Below are positions 10,032-23,310 of a stretch of 29,049 bases of DNA, in pieces. The position numbers and the translations under genes were made by a program. This stretch comes from Octopus sinensis (lineage: Eukaryota): the NCBI RefSeq assembly GCF_006345805.1, contig NW_021835621.1, positions 1-29,049 of the forward strand. Direction: 5' to 3'. Within the stretch, counting starts at the first letter, position 1. Each line of letters opens with the position of its first letter. The notes beneath the pieces are model-generated. The model did not search any database. It was given only the letters and a program-made list of their open reading frames with translations, and was not told the origin of the DNA.

Positions 10032-10357
10032 TGTGTGTGTGTACGTGAGACCCTGTTTTAGTATTAGTTCTTTTAGTTTTTGTGGCACACTTTTGTATGA
10101 GTACTTCCCAGTGTATTTAGAACATTAAGACTTTCAGAATCCATCGTCAGTGTTTCTAAACCTTCCTTTTCTTGCGTTCTGAATGTAAATGGTCTTGGCG
10201 TTGGTTACTTCCGCTTTATTTTTTTTAAAAATGCCTTTACACGTTAAACCTTTACACGTTAAACCAAATGAATTCCTATCAACTTTTTAAAATTAAATAA
10301 AGGATACTTTGGATAATGTAGTCCAAGTTAAACTATGTCTGAAAATGTAGACAGGAT

Positions 10358-10646
10358 GTTTGTTTGCTGTTCCTTCTCGAGCCATGCTTGGCTCATAAGG
10401 GTTGGTTTCCCGGTTTCTTTGGCGTATAGGTTCCCCACCTGGACGGGACGCCGGTCCGTCGCAGGTGAGCTGCAAGATGCAGGAGCAAAGAGCGAGAGAA
10501 AGTTGTGGCGAAAGAGTCAGCAGAAGTTCGCCATTACCTTTTGCCGGAGCCGCATGGAGCTTAGGTGTTTCGCTCATCGACCGGTCTGAGATTCGAACCC
10601 GCGATCCTTCGACCGCGAGTCCGCTGCTCTAACCACTAGGCCATGT
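10358..10646 (-). mobile_element. tRNA-derived SINE (head and body as 13187-13573, tail T1 as 6017-6264)
   Basis: GGCCTAGTGGTTAGAGCAGCGGACTCGCGGTC...GGGTTCGAATC on the minus strand. Shares GAGAGAAAGTTGTGG and CCCACCTGGACGGGACGCC blocks with those copies. Confidence 0.8.
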
Positions 10647-11416
10647 ATCTAGTGACGGGATGGTCACGGACTGAATGCCTTTAGATCTTCCGATGGATCG
10701 CAGCTGACCTGGAGTTAAACAATAAACAATAGCAGCAGCAACAACATCAACGACAACATCAATAGTAACAACATCAATAACGATGACGACGACGATGACG
10801 ACAACTGTCAAAATAATAGTTGACACAAAGCCTGTCAATTCATGTATACAATGTGCAGCCGACAAAGTACGCAAAATGATAGAAAATGGCTGGAGCATTA
10901 AACTATTTACGGCCACCATTTTGTTTTAATATTTTTCTTGCCCTATTCTTTGCCTTCTCTTATACTCCCAATGTTTTCCTTTATCTTCCTTTGCCTTTCC
11001 CTCTCTCTTGGCCTTCCCCCACTCTCTCTCCAAGCTCACCCATCATCTTCACTATCTATCCTTATTATCGCTTTCTTCTTCTTTTCTCAAAGTCGCTAAG
11101 ATAAGGTTGTTGTGAAAAGACTTCCGGTTGATGATAATATATGAAGAACGGAGCTAATAAATCGAATTAAAGAAAGCAAACAAACAAAAAATAACAACAA
11201 CAACAACAATTAATGTCTAAGTGATTAATGGTTTTGGTCCTTAACTTCAAAATAGGGATCTTGGGATACAAACAGAGACCTTTCTTTATGAAAACAAAAG
11301 GGAACAGCGAGTCGGACAGGGTGTTGTGAATAAGACATGGGACGGCTACCAGATCGAACGCTGATATGAACTACAATGATTTTTTTGTTTTTGTTTTTGT
11401 TGTTGTAGTTACTTTT

Positions 11417-11451
<35 letters not shown>

Positions 11452-11620
11452 CTTGTTATTATTTTTAACCCGTGTTCAGCACTAAAATCTATCAAGCATA
11501 TGATCAAAATTGTTCCGACTGTGACCGTCCAATATTTTATCCAAAAGAAGTCTGTCTGGGATGACTTTATCGTAAGTAAAACTTTAAAGAATCATAACTA
11601 TGTCTGTTACATTAGAAACG

Positions 11621-11697
11621 GTGTAACTCTTTGGTTAAGGAGTTTGCTTAGCAACCACGGAGATTCGAGTTCGAATAATTGCGTGGCAGCTTGAGCA
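11621..11697 (+). mobile_element. Degenerate SINE family A tRNA head
   Basis: TGGTTAAGGAGTTTGCTTAGCAACCAC...GAGTTCGAAT...TGCGTGGCAGCTTGAGCA. Confidence 0.5.
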
Positions 11698-11734
11698 TCT
11701 GTTAATTTTTTTTATAAAATTCACATAGTTTTCC

Positions 11735-11908
11735 TTTTATCTTTTACTTGTTTCAGTCTTTAGACTGCGGCCAAGCTGTGGCACTACTTTGGAAGATTTT
11801 ATAGTCCATCAAACCAACCTCAGTATGTAACTTATTTCAAAGTCTGGAACTTATTCTCTTGGTCTCTTTTGCCGAACCTCTAAGTTACACAGACATAAAC
11901 AACCCAAC
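11735..11908 (-). mobile_element. SINE family A 3' part
   Basis: TTTTACTTGTTTCAGTC...GACTGCGGCCA...GGTCTCTTTTGCCGAAC...TAAGTTAC is the reverse complement of the family A 3' end. Confidence 0.75.
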
Positions 11909-12057
11909 TCTTTTCCGATATATGACTCTCTGCGTTCCAGCTGTTGTGTTCAGTTCAATGAGGAACAACTAAACGAGGTCATCCGCGCCATTCTACCAGA
12001 GAATTGTCCCACCCAAAAGGATATTCTCATGAAATCGTCGCCCGATACGTAAGATTC

Positions 12058-12449
12058 AAACACGGAGTGCGGCTTCAATACGAAGTCGCTCGCCTCCGCG
12101 TTGCTAATTTGACCAAAAAAATTATAGAAGACCCCGGTTGAGAAATTCTACCGCATCCACCGTATTCTGATTTTTTCCGTCTTCAGATTACCCACCTTTT
12201 TCGGTCGGTCTGCGAAGTGTTACGTTGAATAACGACGCGGAGTTGAATGCGTGGATCAGTGAATTCTTCGAGTGAAGATAAAGTATTTTCTACCGTCAAG
12301 GTATCGACAAACGAGTGGAACAGTGGCGAGAATTAGTGAAAAATGAAGGAGAATATTTTATCGACTGATTTGTTAGATTTATTCATGAAAAATAAGGATT
12401 CAAATACATGCGGAAAAAAAAACGAACGAATTTATCTGACAACATAATA
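12058..12449 (+). mobile_element. Mariner (Tc1/mariner) transposase C-terminal relic and right terminal inverted repeat
   Basis: The frame from 12061 reads HGVRLQYEVARLRVANLTKKIIEDPG*EILPHPPYSD. After a frameshift it reads SDY(H)LFRS, and later GIDKRVEQWRELVKNEGEYFID*. This matches the mariner HPPYSPDLAPSDYHLF and GEYF motifs. It ends ...GACAACATAATA like mariner TIRs. Confidence 0.85.
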
Positions 12450-12465
12450 CATTATCTATTGCAAT

Positions 12466-13030
12466 CACGGAGCTGGCAGAATCATTAGCATCCCGGGCAA
12501 AATGCTTACCGGCATTTCGTCTGTGTTTACGTTCTGAGTTCGGATTCTGCCGAGGTCCACTTTGCCTTTCATCCTTTCGGAGTTTATTCTTTTACTTGTT
12601 TCAGTCATTTGACTGTGGCCATGCTGGAGCACCGCCTTTAGTCGAGCAAATCGACTCCCAGGACTTATTCTTTGCAAGCCTAGTACTTATTCTATCGGTC
12701 TCTTTTTGCCGAACTGCTAGGTTACGGGGACGTAAACACACCAGCATCGGTTGTCCAGCAATGATGGGAGGGGCGGACAAACACAGACACACAAACATAT
12801 ACACACAATTACATATACATATATATATATGCATATATACGACGGGCTTCTTTTAGTTTCCGTCTCCGAAATCCACTCACAAGGCTTTGGTCGGTCCGAG
12901 GCTATTATTGAAGATACTTGCCCAAGGTGTCACGAAGTAGGACTAAGTACCAGTGGAGCACTTGAGATGATGCAATCGATTAGACCCCGCCACAAACTTG
13001 CTGGCCTTGTGCCAAAACTTGAACCCGTTA
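12466..13030 (+). mobile_element. SINE family B, split by an antisense family A insertion
   Basis: 12466-12583 runs from the head to CATCCTTTCGG. 12945-13030 resumes AAGTACCAGT...GCTGGCCTTGTGCCAAAACTTGAA, as in the 24296-24504 copy. Confidence 0.7.
12584..12944 (-). mobile_element. SINE family A, 5'-truncated
   Basis: Near-continuous reverse-complement match to the 20505-21068 copy. Confidence 0.85.
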
Positions 13031-13186
13031 TTTTTAAAACGACAGAGCATGTCTTTTGGGAAAATTTGATTACTGTTACTATTACTAGCAGGTGAAGCGA
13101 CAATACTGAGTACTTGCTTGTTGGCTCTTCCAGGAATATCGTGAAATGACCTACTCACCGAGAAAAATAATGGACAGTCCAAACAT

Positions 13187-13573
13187 TGTTGGAAGCACTC
13201 CGTCGGTTACGACGATGAGGGTTCCGGTTGATCCGAATCAACGGAACAGCCTGTTCGTGAAATTAACGTGTAAGTGGCTGAGTACTCCACAGACACGTGC
13301 ACCCTTAACGTAGTTCTCGGGAATATTCAGCGTGACACAGAGAGTGACAAGGCCGGCCCCTTGAAATACAGGTACAACAGAAACAGGAAGTAAGAGTGAG
13401 AGAAAGTTGTGGTGAAAGAGTACAGCAAGGATCACCACCACCCCCTGCCGGAGCCTCGTGGAACTTTTAGGTGTTTTCGCTCAATAAACACTCACAACGC
13501 TCGGTCTGGGAATCGAAACCGCGATCCTATGACCGCGAGTCCGCTGCCCTAACCACTGGGCCATTGCGCCTCC
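13187..13573 (-). mobile_element. Full-length tRNA-derived SINE with a 13-bp target site duplication
   Basis: Head TGGAGGCGCAATGGCCCAGTGGTTAGGGCAGCGGACTCGCGGTC...GGTTTCGATTCC. ACAGTCCAAACAT occurs at 13174-13186 and 13574-13586. Confidence 0.9.
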
Positions 13574-13900
13574 ACAGTCCAAACATATTCAGACGACGGC
13601 TGGATGTAAGGACAATCCCACGTCATCGTAAACGCTATCGCCATGTTTTTTTTCTTTGTTGTAAGCAATAATCTTCACTGAACGTTTCCGTTCCTATTCT
13701 GAGATATCATCAGTGATGAGAAACTGACGAAAAGACTTCAGGAATCAACCGAGAAGATAACATTTTCGCCAGATATAGTGGTTTAAATTTCCTTTTGTTC
13801 TCCTAAACAATTTGTTTTTCCGGCGGTAATTTATATTTTATTTTATTTTATTTTATTTTATTTTATTTTACTTTTTACTATGCAATCAGGCTTGCGCCTA

Positions 13901-14028
13901 TGCACGAGCGTGGCTTCGTGGTTGAAAAGCCTTCCAGCTTGCTTCCCTTGCATGTGGTCTAGGGTTCGATCTCATAGTCGGCATCTTGGACAATGCCTTC
14001 TGTTATAGCGTCGAGTCAACCACTGCCT
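13901..14028 (+). mobile_element. Degenerate SINE family A 5' half
   Basis: GCTTGCTTCCC...GGGTTCGATCTC...GGCATCTTGGACAATGCCTTCTGTTATAGC resembles the family A head. Confidence 0.55.
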
Positions 14029-14329
14029 TATGTATGTATGTAAGTATGTATGTATGTATGTGTGTGTGTATGTATGTATGTGTGTGTGTATGTATGTATG
14101 TTAAGTATGTATGTATGTATGTATGTATGTATGTATGTGGTGTATGTATGTATGTAATGTATGTAGTATGTATGTATGTATGTATGCATTAAGTATGTAT
14201 TTTTATGGTATGTATGTATGAAGTATGTATGTTATGTATGTATGTATGTTATGTATGTATGTCTGTATGTATGTATGTAATGTGTTGTGTATGTATGTAT
14301 GTATGTATGTATGTAAGTATGTATGTATG

Positions 14330-14360
<31 letters not shown>

Positions 14361-15120
14361 TGTAAGTATGTATGTATGCATGTATGTATGTATGTAAGTA
14401 TGTATGTCTCATTATGTATGTATGTATGTATGTATGTATGCATGTATGTATGTATGTATGTATGTATGTATGTATGTATGTATCGTATGTAATGTATGTA
14501 TGAAGTATGTATGTATGCATGTATGTATGTATGTAAGTATGTATGTATGCATGTATGTATGTATGTATGTATGTATTATGTATGTATGTATGTATAATGC
14601 ATGTATGTATGTATGTATGTATGTATGTATGTATGTATGTATGTAGTATGTATGTATGTAGTAATTGTATGTATGTATGTATGTATGTATGTATGCATGT
14701 ATGTATGTATGTATGTATGTATGTCTGTAAGTATGTATGTATGTATGTATGCATGCATGTATGTATGTATGTATGTATTTATGTATGTAATGTAAGTATG
14801 TGTATGTATGTATGTATGTATGTATGTATGATGTAAGTATGTATGTATGTATGTATGTATGTATGTATGTATGCATGTATGTATGTATGTATGTATGTAT
14901 GTAAGTATGTATGTATGTAGGTATGTATGTATGTATGTAAGTATGTTTATGTAATGTATGTATGTATGTTATGTATGTATGTTATGTATGTATGTATGTA
15001 TTGTATGTATGTATGTAAGTATGTATGTATGTATGTATGTATGTATGTATGTATTAGTATGTATGTGTGTATGTATGTAGATGTATGTATGTATGTATGT
15101 AATGTATGTATGTATGCATG

Positions 15121-15151
<31 letters not shown>

Positions 15152-15702
15152 GTATGTATGTATTCATGTATGTATGTATGTATGTAAGTATGTATGTAAT
15201 GTATGTATGTATGCATGTATGTTATGTATGTATGTATGTATGTATGTATGTATGTATGTATGTATGTATGCATGTATGTATGTATTATGTATGTATGTAT
15301 TTATGTATGTATGTATGTATGTATGCAGTATGTATGTATGTATGTATGTAAGTATGTATGTATGTATGTATGTATGCATGCATGTATGTATGTATTGTAT
15401 GTATGTATGTATGTATGTATGTATGTATGTAGTCTGTATGTATGTATGTATGTATGTATGTATGTATGTATGGTATGCATGTATGTTGTTGTATGTATGT
15501 ATGTATGTATGTAGTATGTATGTATGTATTATGTATGCATGCATGTATGTATGTATGTATGTATGTATGTATGTTCTGTATTATTTATGTATGTATGTAT
15601 GTATGTAATGCATGCATGTATGTATGTATGTATGTAGTATTAGTTATGTATGTTGTATGTAAGTAGTATGTATGTATGTATGTATGCATGCATGTATGTA
15701 TG

Positions 15703-15733
<31 letters not shown>

Positions 15734-16205
15734 GTATGTATGTATGTATGTATGTATGCATGCATGTATGTATGTATGTATGTAGATGTAGTATGTGATT
15801 ATGTATGTATGTATTTAGGTATGTATGTATGGTATGTATGTATGCATGCATGTATGTATGTATTATGTATGTATGTATGTATGTATGTATGTGTATGTAA
15901 GTATGTATGTATGTATGTATGTATGCATGCATGTATGTATGTATGTATGTATGTATGTATGTATGTATGTATGTATGTATGTATGTATGTATGTATGCAT
16001 GCATGTATGTATGTATGTATGTATGTATGTATGTATGTATGCATGTATGTATGCATGTATGTAAATGATGTATGTATGCATGTATTATGTATGTATTGTT
16101 GTATGTAAGTATGTATGTATGTAATGTATGTATGTATGTAGTATGTATGTAAGTATGTATGTATGCATGTATGTATGTATGTATGTATGTATGTATGTAT
16201 GCATG

Positions 16206-16236
<31 letters not shown>

Positions 16237-16405
16237 GTATGTATGTATGCATGTATGTATGTATGTATGTACGTATGTATGTAAGTATGTATGTATGCAT
16301 GTATGTATGTATGTATGTATGTTGTATGTATGTATGTATGTATGTATGTATGCAGTATGTATGTATGTATTAGTATGTATGTATGTATGTATGTATGTAT
16401 GCATG

Positions 16406-16436
<31 letters not shown>

Positions 16437-16483
16437 GTATGTATGTATGTATGTATGTATGCATTATGTATGTATGTATTATG

Positions 16484-16514
<31 letters not shown>

Positions 16515-16712
16515 GTTGTATGTATGTATGTATGTATGTATGTATGTATGTATGTATGCATGTATGTATGTATGTATGTATGTATGTATGTATGTGTATG
16601 TATGTATGTATGTATGCATGCATGTATGTATGTATGTATGTTGTATGTATGTATGTATGTATTTATGTATTGTATGTATGTATGTATGCATGCATGTATG
16701 TATGTATGTATG

Positions 16713-16743
<31 letters not shown>

Positions 16744-16947
16744 GTATGTATGTATGTATGTATGTTGCATGCATGTGTATGTATGTATGTATGTATGTAT
16801 GTATGTATGTTATGTATGTAGTATGTATGTATGTATGTATGTATGCATGCATGCATGTATGTATGTATGTATGTAGTATGTATTATGTATGTATGTATTT
16901 ATGTATGTAATGTATGTATGTATGTATGCATGCATGTTGTATGTATG

Positions 16948-16978
<31 letters not shown>

Positions 16979-17209
16979 GTATGTATGATATGTATGTATG
17001 TTTATGCATGCATGTATGTATGTATGTATGTATGTATGTATGTATGTATATGTTGTATGATTATGTATGTATGTATGCATGTATGTATGTATGTATTATG
17101 TATGTAATGTATGTATGCATGTATGTATGGCATGTATGTATGTATGTATGTATGTATGTATGTATGTATGTATGTATGTATGCTTCATGTATGTATGTAT
17201 GCATGTATG

Positions 17210-17240
<31 letters not shown>

Positions 17241-18750
17241 GTATGTATGCATGCATGTATGTATGTATTATGTATGTATGTATGTATGTATGCATGCATG
17301 TATGTATGTATGTATGTATGTATGTAGGTATGTATGTAATGTATGTATGTATGTATGTATGTATGCATGTATGTATGTATGTATTTATGTATGTAGTTGT
17401 ATGTATGTATGTATGTATGTATGTATGTATGTATGTATGTATGTATGTATTATGTATGTATTATGTATGTATGCATGTATGTATGTATGTATGTATTATG
17501 TATGTATGTATGTATGTATGTAGGTAGTTATGTATGTATGTATGTATGTATGTATGGCATGTAATGTATGTATGTATGTATGTATGTATGTATGTATGTA
17601 TGTATGCATGTATGTATGTATGTATGTATTCTGTATGTATGTATGTATGTATGTATGTATGCATGTATGTATGTATGTACGTATGTATGTATGTATGTAT
17701 GCATGTATGTATGTATGTATGTATGTATGTATGTATGCTGTCGTATGTATGTATGCATGTTGTATGTATACATGTATGTATGTATACATGAATGTATAGG
17801 AATGTATGCATGTATGTATGTATGTATGTATGTATGTATGTATGTATGTATGTATGCATGTATGTATGTATGTATGTATGTATGTATGTATGTATGCATG
17901 TATGTATTTATGTATGCATGTATGTATGTATGTATGTATGTATGTACGTATGTATGTATGTATGTATGCATGTATGTATGTATGTATGTATGTATGTATG
18001 CATGTATGTATGTATGTATGCATGTATGTATGTATACATGTATGTATGTATACATGAATGTATACATGAATGTATGCATGTATGTATGTATGTATGTATG
18101 TATGTATGTATGTATGTATGTATGTATGTATGTATGCATGTATGTATGTATGTATGTATGTATGTATGCATGTATGTATGTATGTATGCATGTATGTATG
18201 TATGTATGTATGTATGTATGTATGTATGTATGTATGTATGTATGTATGCATGTATGTATGTATGTATGTATGTATGCATGTATGTATGTATGTATGCATG
18301 TATGTATACATGAATGTATACATGAATGTATGCATGTATGTATGTATGTATGTATGTATGTATGTATGTATGTATGTATGTATGCATGTATGTATGTATG
18401 TATGTATGTATGTATGTATGTATGCATGTATGTATGTATGTATGCATGTATGTATGTATGCATGTATGTATGTATGCATGTATGTATGTATACATGAATG
18501 TATACATGAATGTATGCATGTATGTATGTATGTATGTATGTATGTATGTATACATGTATGTATGTATACATGAATGTATACATGAATGTATGTATGTATG
18601 TATGTATGTATGTATGCATGTATGTATGTATGTATGCATGTATGTATGTATGTATGTATGTATACATGAATGTATACATGAATGTATGCATGTATGTATG
18701 TATGTATGTATGTATGTATGTATGTATGTATGTATGTATGTATGTATGTA
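14029..18750. repeat. ~4.7-kb (TATG)n array with TGCA, TAAG and TACATGAA variants
   Basis: Seen directly. Source of all MYVC and HTYI ORFs. Confidence 0.95.
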
Positions 18751-18786
18751 TATGTGTGTGATTGTATTTGTAACCTACCATCACTT

Positions 18787-18933
18787 TGTAAGAAGTTCGC
18801 TTCCCTACCCCATCGTTCCGGGTTCAGTCCCACTACGTGGCGCCTTGGGCAAATGTCTTCTACTATAGCCACGGGCCGACCAAAGCCTTGTGATTGGATT
18901 TAGTAGACAGAACTAAAAGCCTGTCGTATATTC

Positions 18934-19005
<72 letters not shown>

Positions 19006-19184
19006 CGTATGTATGTATGTGTATGTGTGTATATATTCAACAACTAGCCTCGTGATCTTTTCTTCCTCCACTTTGAAGAGAGACTACAGACACGAAACCT
19101 CATACACCGGCCGTAACTATCTATCTATCAATCTATCTATCTATCCATCTCTCTCTCTGTCTCTGTCTCTATCTGTCTGTCTGC

Positions 19185-19219
<35 letters not shown>

Positions 19220-19460
19220 CACACACAAACACACTACGACCTGAGTGTATATGTGTGAGTGTGTCTTTGTCTCTGTATTTCTACTCAGTTTTGTACTCCA
19301 TCCCCGTAAATTAGCGGTTCGGTCAAAGAGTCCGATAAAATAAGTACCAAGCTTTATGGAAAAAGTAAGTACTGGGGTGGATTCGTTCGACTAAAAATTC
19401 TTTAAGACCTAGCCTCAACATGGCTCTATTCTAATGACTGGAGCACGTAAAAGTTAAAGA
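18787..19460 (+). mobile_element. SINE family A with an expanded central microsatellite region
   Basis: The 5' half (18787-18930) and 3' half (19262-19460) match the 20505 copy. Confidence 0.7.
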
Positions 19461-19992
19461 TAGCACTTACAAAACGCTATCTTAAAGATAGCGTTTTGAA
19501 TTCCTTGGCATATATATATTTCCATATTAGTCGGCGGATAGATACGAAATATATCGGACTGCTAAGATAAATGATAGAGAAAGTATTAAGAGTCACCGAA
19601 ATCAACGGAACCTTGTCATTGGAAATGGCAACAGTTGTTGTTTCGCCCCAGGTTAGTTCTGAAACAGCAGACCTATGCCAAAAGCTTTCGAGCAGTGATC
19701 ATCTTTCTTTTTGTGTATACGCCTGTACATTCTCGAATATATCATTAATTTTTTAATAGCACCTTAAGCATTATCTTTATTTTGCGCTGCGCCAGTTAAT
19801 CCGTCAGCCTGTCTTCAATGTTTTCAATGACATATTATCTATCTCTTTCACACACTTTATCGCTATGCTTGTCCTATCACATACTCATCTATCTGTTTAT
19901 CCGGTTTACACTCTTACATCTTTATCTCTTTGGCATTTTCTACCTGCCTATATCTTTCAGATTACCTACCTGCTTTATATCTTTCCTACTGT

Positions 19993-20153
19993 AGGCGCAG
20001 GCATGACTGTGTGGTAGGAAGCTTGCTTCTCAACCGCATGATTCCTGGTTCATTTCCAATGCGTGGCACCTTGGGTGAATGTCTTTTAAAATAACCTCAG
20101 ATCGACCGAAGCCTTGTGAGTGGATTTGGTAGACGGAAACTGAAAGAAACCTG

Positions 20154-20184
<31 letters not shown>

Positions 20185-20428
20185 CGTATATATCTTGGTG
20201 TGTGTGCCTTTATGTATATCTTTGTCCCCCACAATCACTTGACACCCGGTGGTGGTGTATTTACGTCCCCGTAACCTAGCGGTTCGGCAAAAGACACCGA
20301 TAGACTAAAGACACGGCTTAAGAAGAAAGAAGTACTGTGACCTTTTCATTCGACTAACAATTCTTCAAGACGGTGCTCCAGTATGGACGCAGTCTAATGA
20401 CTGGAACAAGTAAAAGATAGAAGATAAA
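19993..20428 (+). mobile_element. Full-length SINE family A (older copy)
   Basis: AGGCGCAGGCATGACTGTGTGGTAGGAAGC head, central (TA)n, and GGTGCTCCAGTATGG...ACAAGTAAAAGA end. Confidence 0.85.
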
Positions 20429-20504
20429 TGATAGTTTCACTTAATTGTCTGTGTCCTGCATAATATATTCCACGCGTGCATACATATACGAAAATATATA
20501 TATA

Positions 20505-21068
<564 letters not shown>

Positions 21069-21329
21069 GTATATATATATTTATGTATATATATATATAT
21101 ATGTTGAGATCAATTATGCTCATCACATACGCAAGTACATACTCATTTGATCAGACACACGTATACAACAACATAAGCATACATGTACACACACATAAAA
21201 CCTGGAGTATGTATACGTTACTGAAATATTGTATCCATGCTGTTAGACTATGGACAACTAGAATTTTACACACGCACACACATATATACACGCAAATATG
21301 CACACCCATATATACATACTTACATACAT

Positions 21330-21383
21330 ACATATATATATATATACATACATATGCATACATACATATAATATATATTATAT

Positions 21384-21415
<32 letters not shown>

Positions 21416-21452
21416 CACATATTATATATATATATATCTATATATTATATAT

Positions 21453-21505
<53 letters not shown>
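21330..21505. repeat. (TA)n microsatellite
   Basis: Seen directly. Confidence 0.9.
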
Positions 21506-21509
<4 letters not shown>

Positions 21510-21810
21510 TATATTCCCATTCTTAGAACATGATCAGGTTATCATAATAAAACGTATATTCGCTTAACATTATATTATCAAAGAAGAGATAATATCTATT
21601 TCTGATGAATCTTAAATGATACAACGCTTTTCCTGAAGCATCGTAACCGTGTTGAAAGAATATGAATAAAATCCAATTAAAATACTTTGCTTTTAAATAT
21701 AAGTTCCTTCTTATTTATGGATTACTGTGATCACCAGATCTAACCGTGCCTCTCTCTCTCTTATTCATTGTGTGTATGTGAGCTATATGCATGTATCCAT
21801 GTATCTCTAT

Positions 21811-21841
<31 letters not shown>

Positions 21842-22680
21842 ATATATCATATTATATATATATTATATATATATATTATATATATCTATATATGTTATAT
21901 AAAAGACATTATTTCATTCTTCTAACAAGCTAGTTTCATGACAAAGAGCATAAGCGCGAAACATCAAAGACACTTCTACTTTTTTTTTAATCTTACTCAT
22001 TGAGAGTCAAAACTAATAATTATACCCCGTCTTTGTTGTTATTCTCGTTGTTAATTTTGACCCTATGTATGTATAAATATATCCATACATACATGCTTAC
22101 ATACATACATATATATATACGTGTGTGTGTATATATGTGTGTGTATATATATATATATGTATATATACACACATATATATACACATAACTGTAGCATTGA
22201 TGCAGTCACTCATTCACATATGCATACGCAGACACACACACACACACAGACGCACCTATATCTACACATATATACGCATACTACACGTAATCATATATAA
22301 AATGCCCGCTTGTGTGCAGCTGTCTGGTTTGTGTTTCTGTTCATACGTATATGTGTCAGTGGGTATGTATCTTTATATATATATATCTATGTCACATAAA
22401 TGTTAGTGTGCGAGTGTTTATGTGCATGGTAGGGGTGTATTAACATATGCAAGAGGTTGTATGTATGCATGTATGTATAAATGTATGCGTGCGCACGTGT
22501 GTGTTTGTGAGTCTATGATTGGACAGAACAGCGGCAACCGTTATCAATTATGAAAATTGGAACAATTTTTTTTAGAAAACATGTGTCTGTGCCTACAGCT
22601 GTGTGTGTATGTATGTGTATGTGTGCAGGCATGCCTATACATCCATCCATCCATCCACATATATGTATCTAATGTTTATG

Positions 22681-22805
22681 TATGTATATATAAACAAGCA
22701 TTAATATTTGTATGTATAAAAAAAAAGCATTAATATTTGTATGTATATATAAACAAGCATTAATATTTGGGTGTATATATAAACAAGCATTAACATTTGG
22801 GTGTA
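22681..22805. repeat. Minisatellite, four copies of a ~30-bp unit
   Basis: TATGTATATATAAACAAGCATTAATATTTG-like units start at 22681, 22711, 22740 and 22770. Confidence 0.85.
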
Positions 22806-23103
22806 GATACAGGAGATAACGTATCGAATACATGTTATGGAACAAGCAGAATTTGGTATCATCGAGCTGACAGAGAATGAGCAACTAGCTTCGAACTTTG
22901 ATCTGAATAAGGTTGTTTCGTCCGAAATGTTCCCTGTTGTATTGAACACAAACGATCTGCTCCAAAAATGCAGAAGATACGACATGATACAGGGATAATT
23001 ACTCGCTACAAAGACAGAACTGGACTGCTTCTTTAAAGGGGAAGACGAATGGTTCTGATGAAAAAATATCTAGAATATGAAATTGCTCTGTTTTTCTCTC
23101 CTT

Positions 23104-23246
23104 GGCGTGGTTGTGTGGTAAGAAGCTTGCTTCTCGAAGACATGGTTTCGGGTTCAGTCCCAATTTGCGCAAGCGTCTTCTACTATAGAATGGGGCCGAT
23201 CAAAAGCTTGTGAGTGGATTTGGTTGACGGAAACTGAAACCCGTTG
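23104..23246 (+). mobile_element. SINE family A 5' half
   Basis: GGTTGTGTGGTAAGAAGCTTGCTTC...GGGTTCAGTCCC...TTGTGAGTGGATTTGG...GGAAACTGAAA. Confidence 0.8.
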
Positions 23247-23310
23247 TGTGTGTGTCTATATATATATATATTTTATTTACTTTTATATGTGTATATATAT
23301 ATTATATATA

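Noticed and set aside
12170-12190. CTGAAGA on the minus strand
   Set aside because: Lies within the mariner coding motif; no hammerhead fold.
13500-13573. tRNA gene
   Set aside because: It is the tRNA-like head of a SINE, continuous with the SINE body and bounded by target site duplications.
13986-18903. Long ORFs up to 458 aa (MYVC/HTYI repeats)
   Set aside because: Translations of the (TATG)n array; the tetranucleotide period lacks stops in several frames.
19571-19756. 61-aa ORF with a good donor site CAG/GTTAGT at about 19650
   Set aside because: No clear acceptor and no recognisable peptide; not enough to call an exon.
21598-21660. CTGATGA followed by an ATC/GAT hairpin
   Set aside because: No GAAA at the required position and no stem I pairing.
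23050-23095. CTGATGA...ATAT/ATAT...GAAA hammerhead-like spacing
   Set aside because: Stem I and stem III do not pair; expected by chance in AT-rich DNA.
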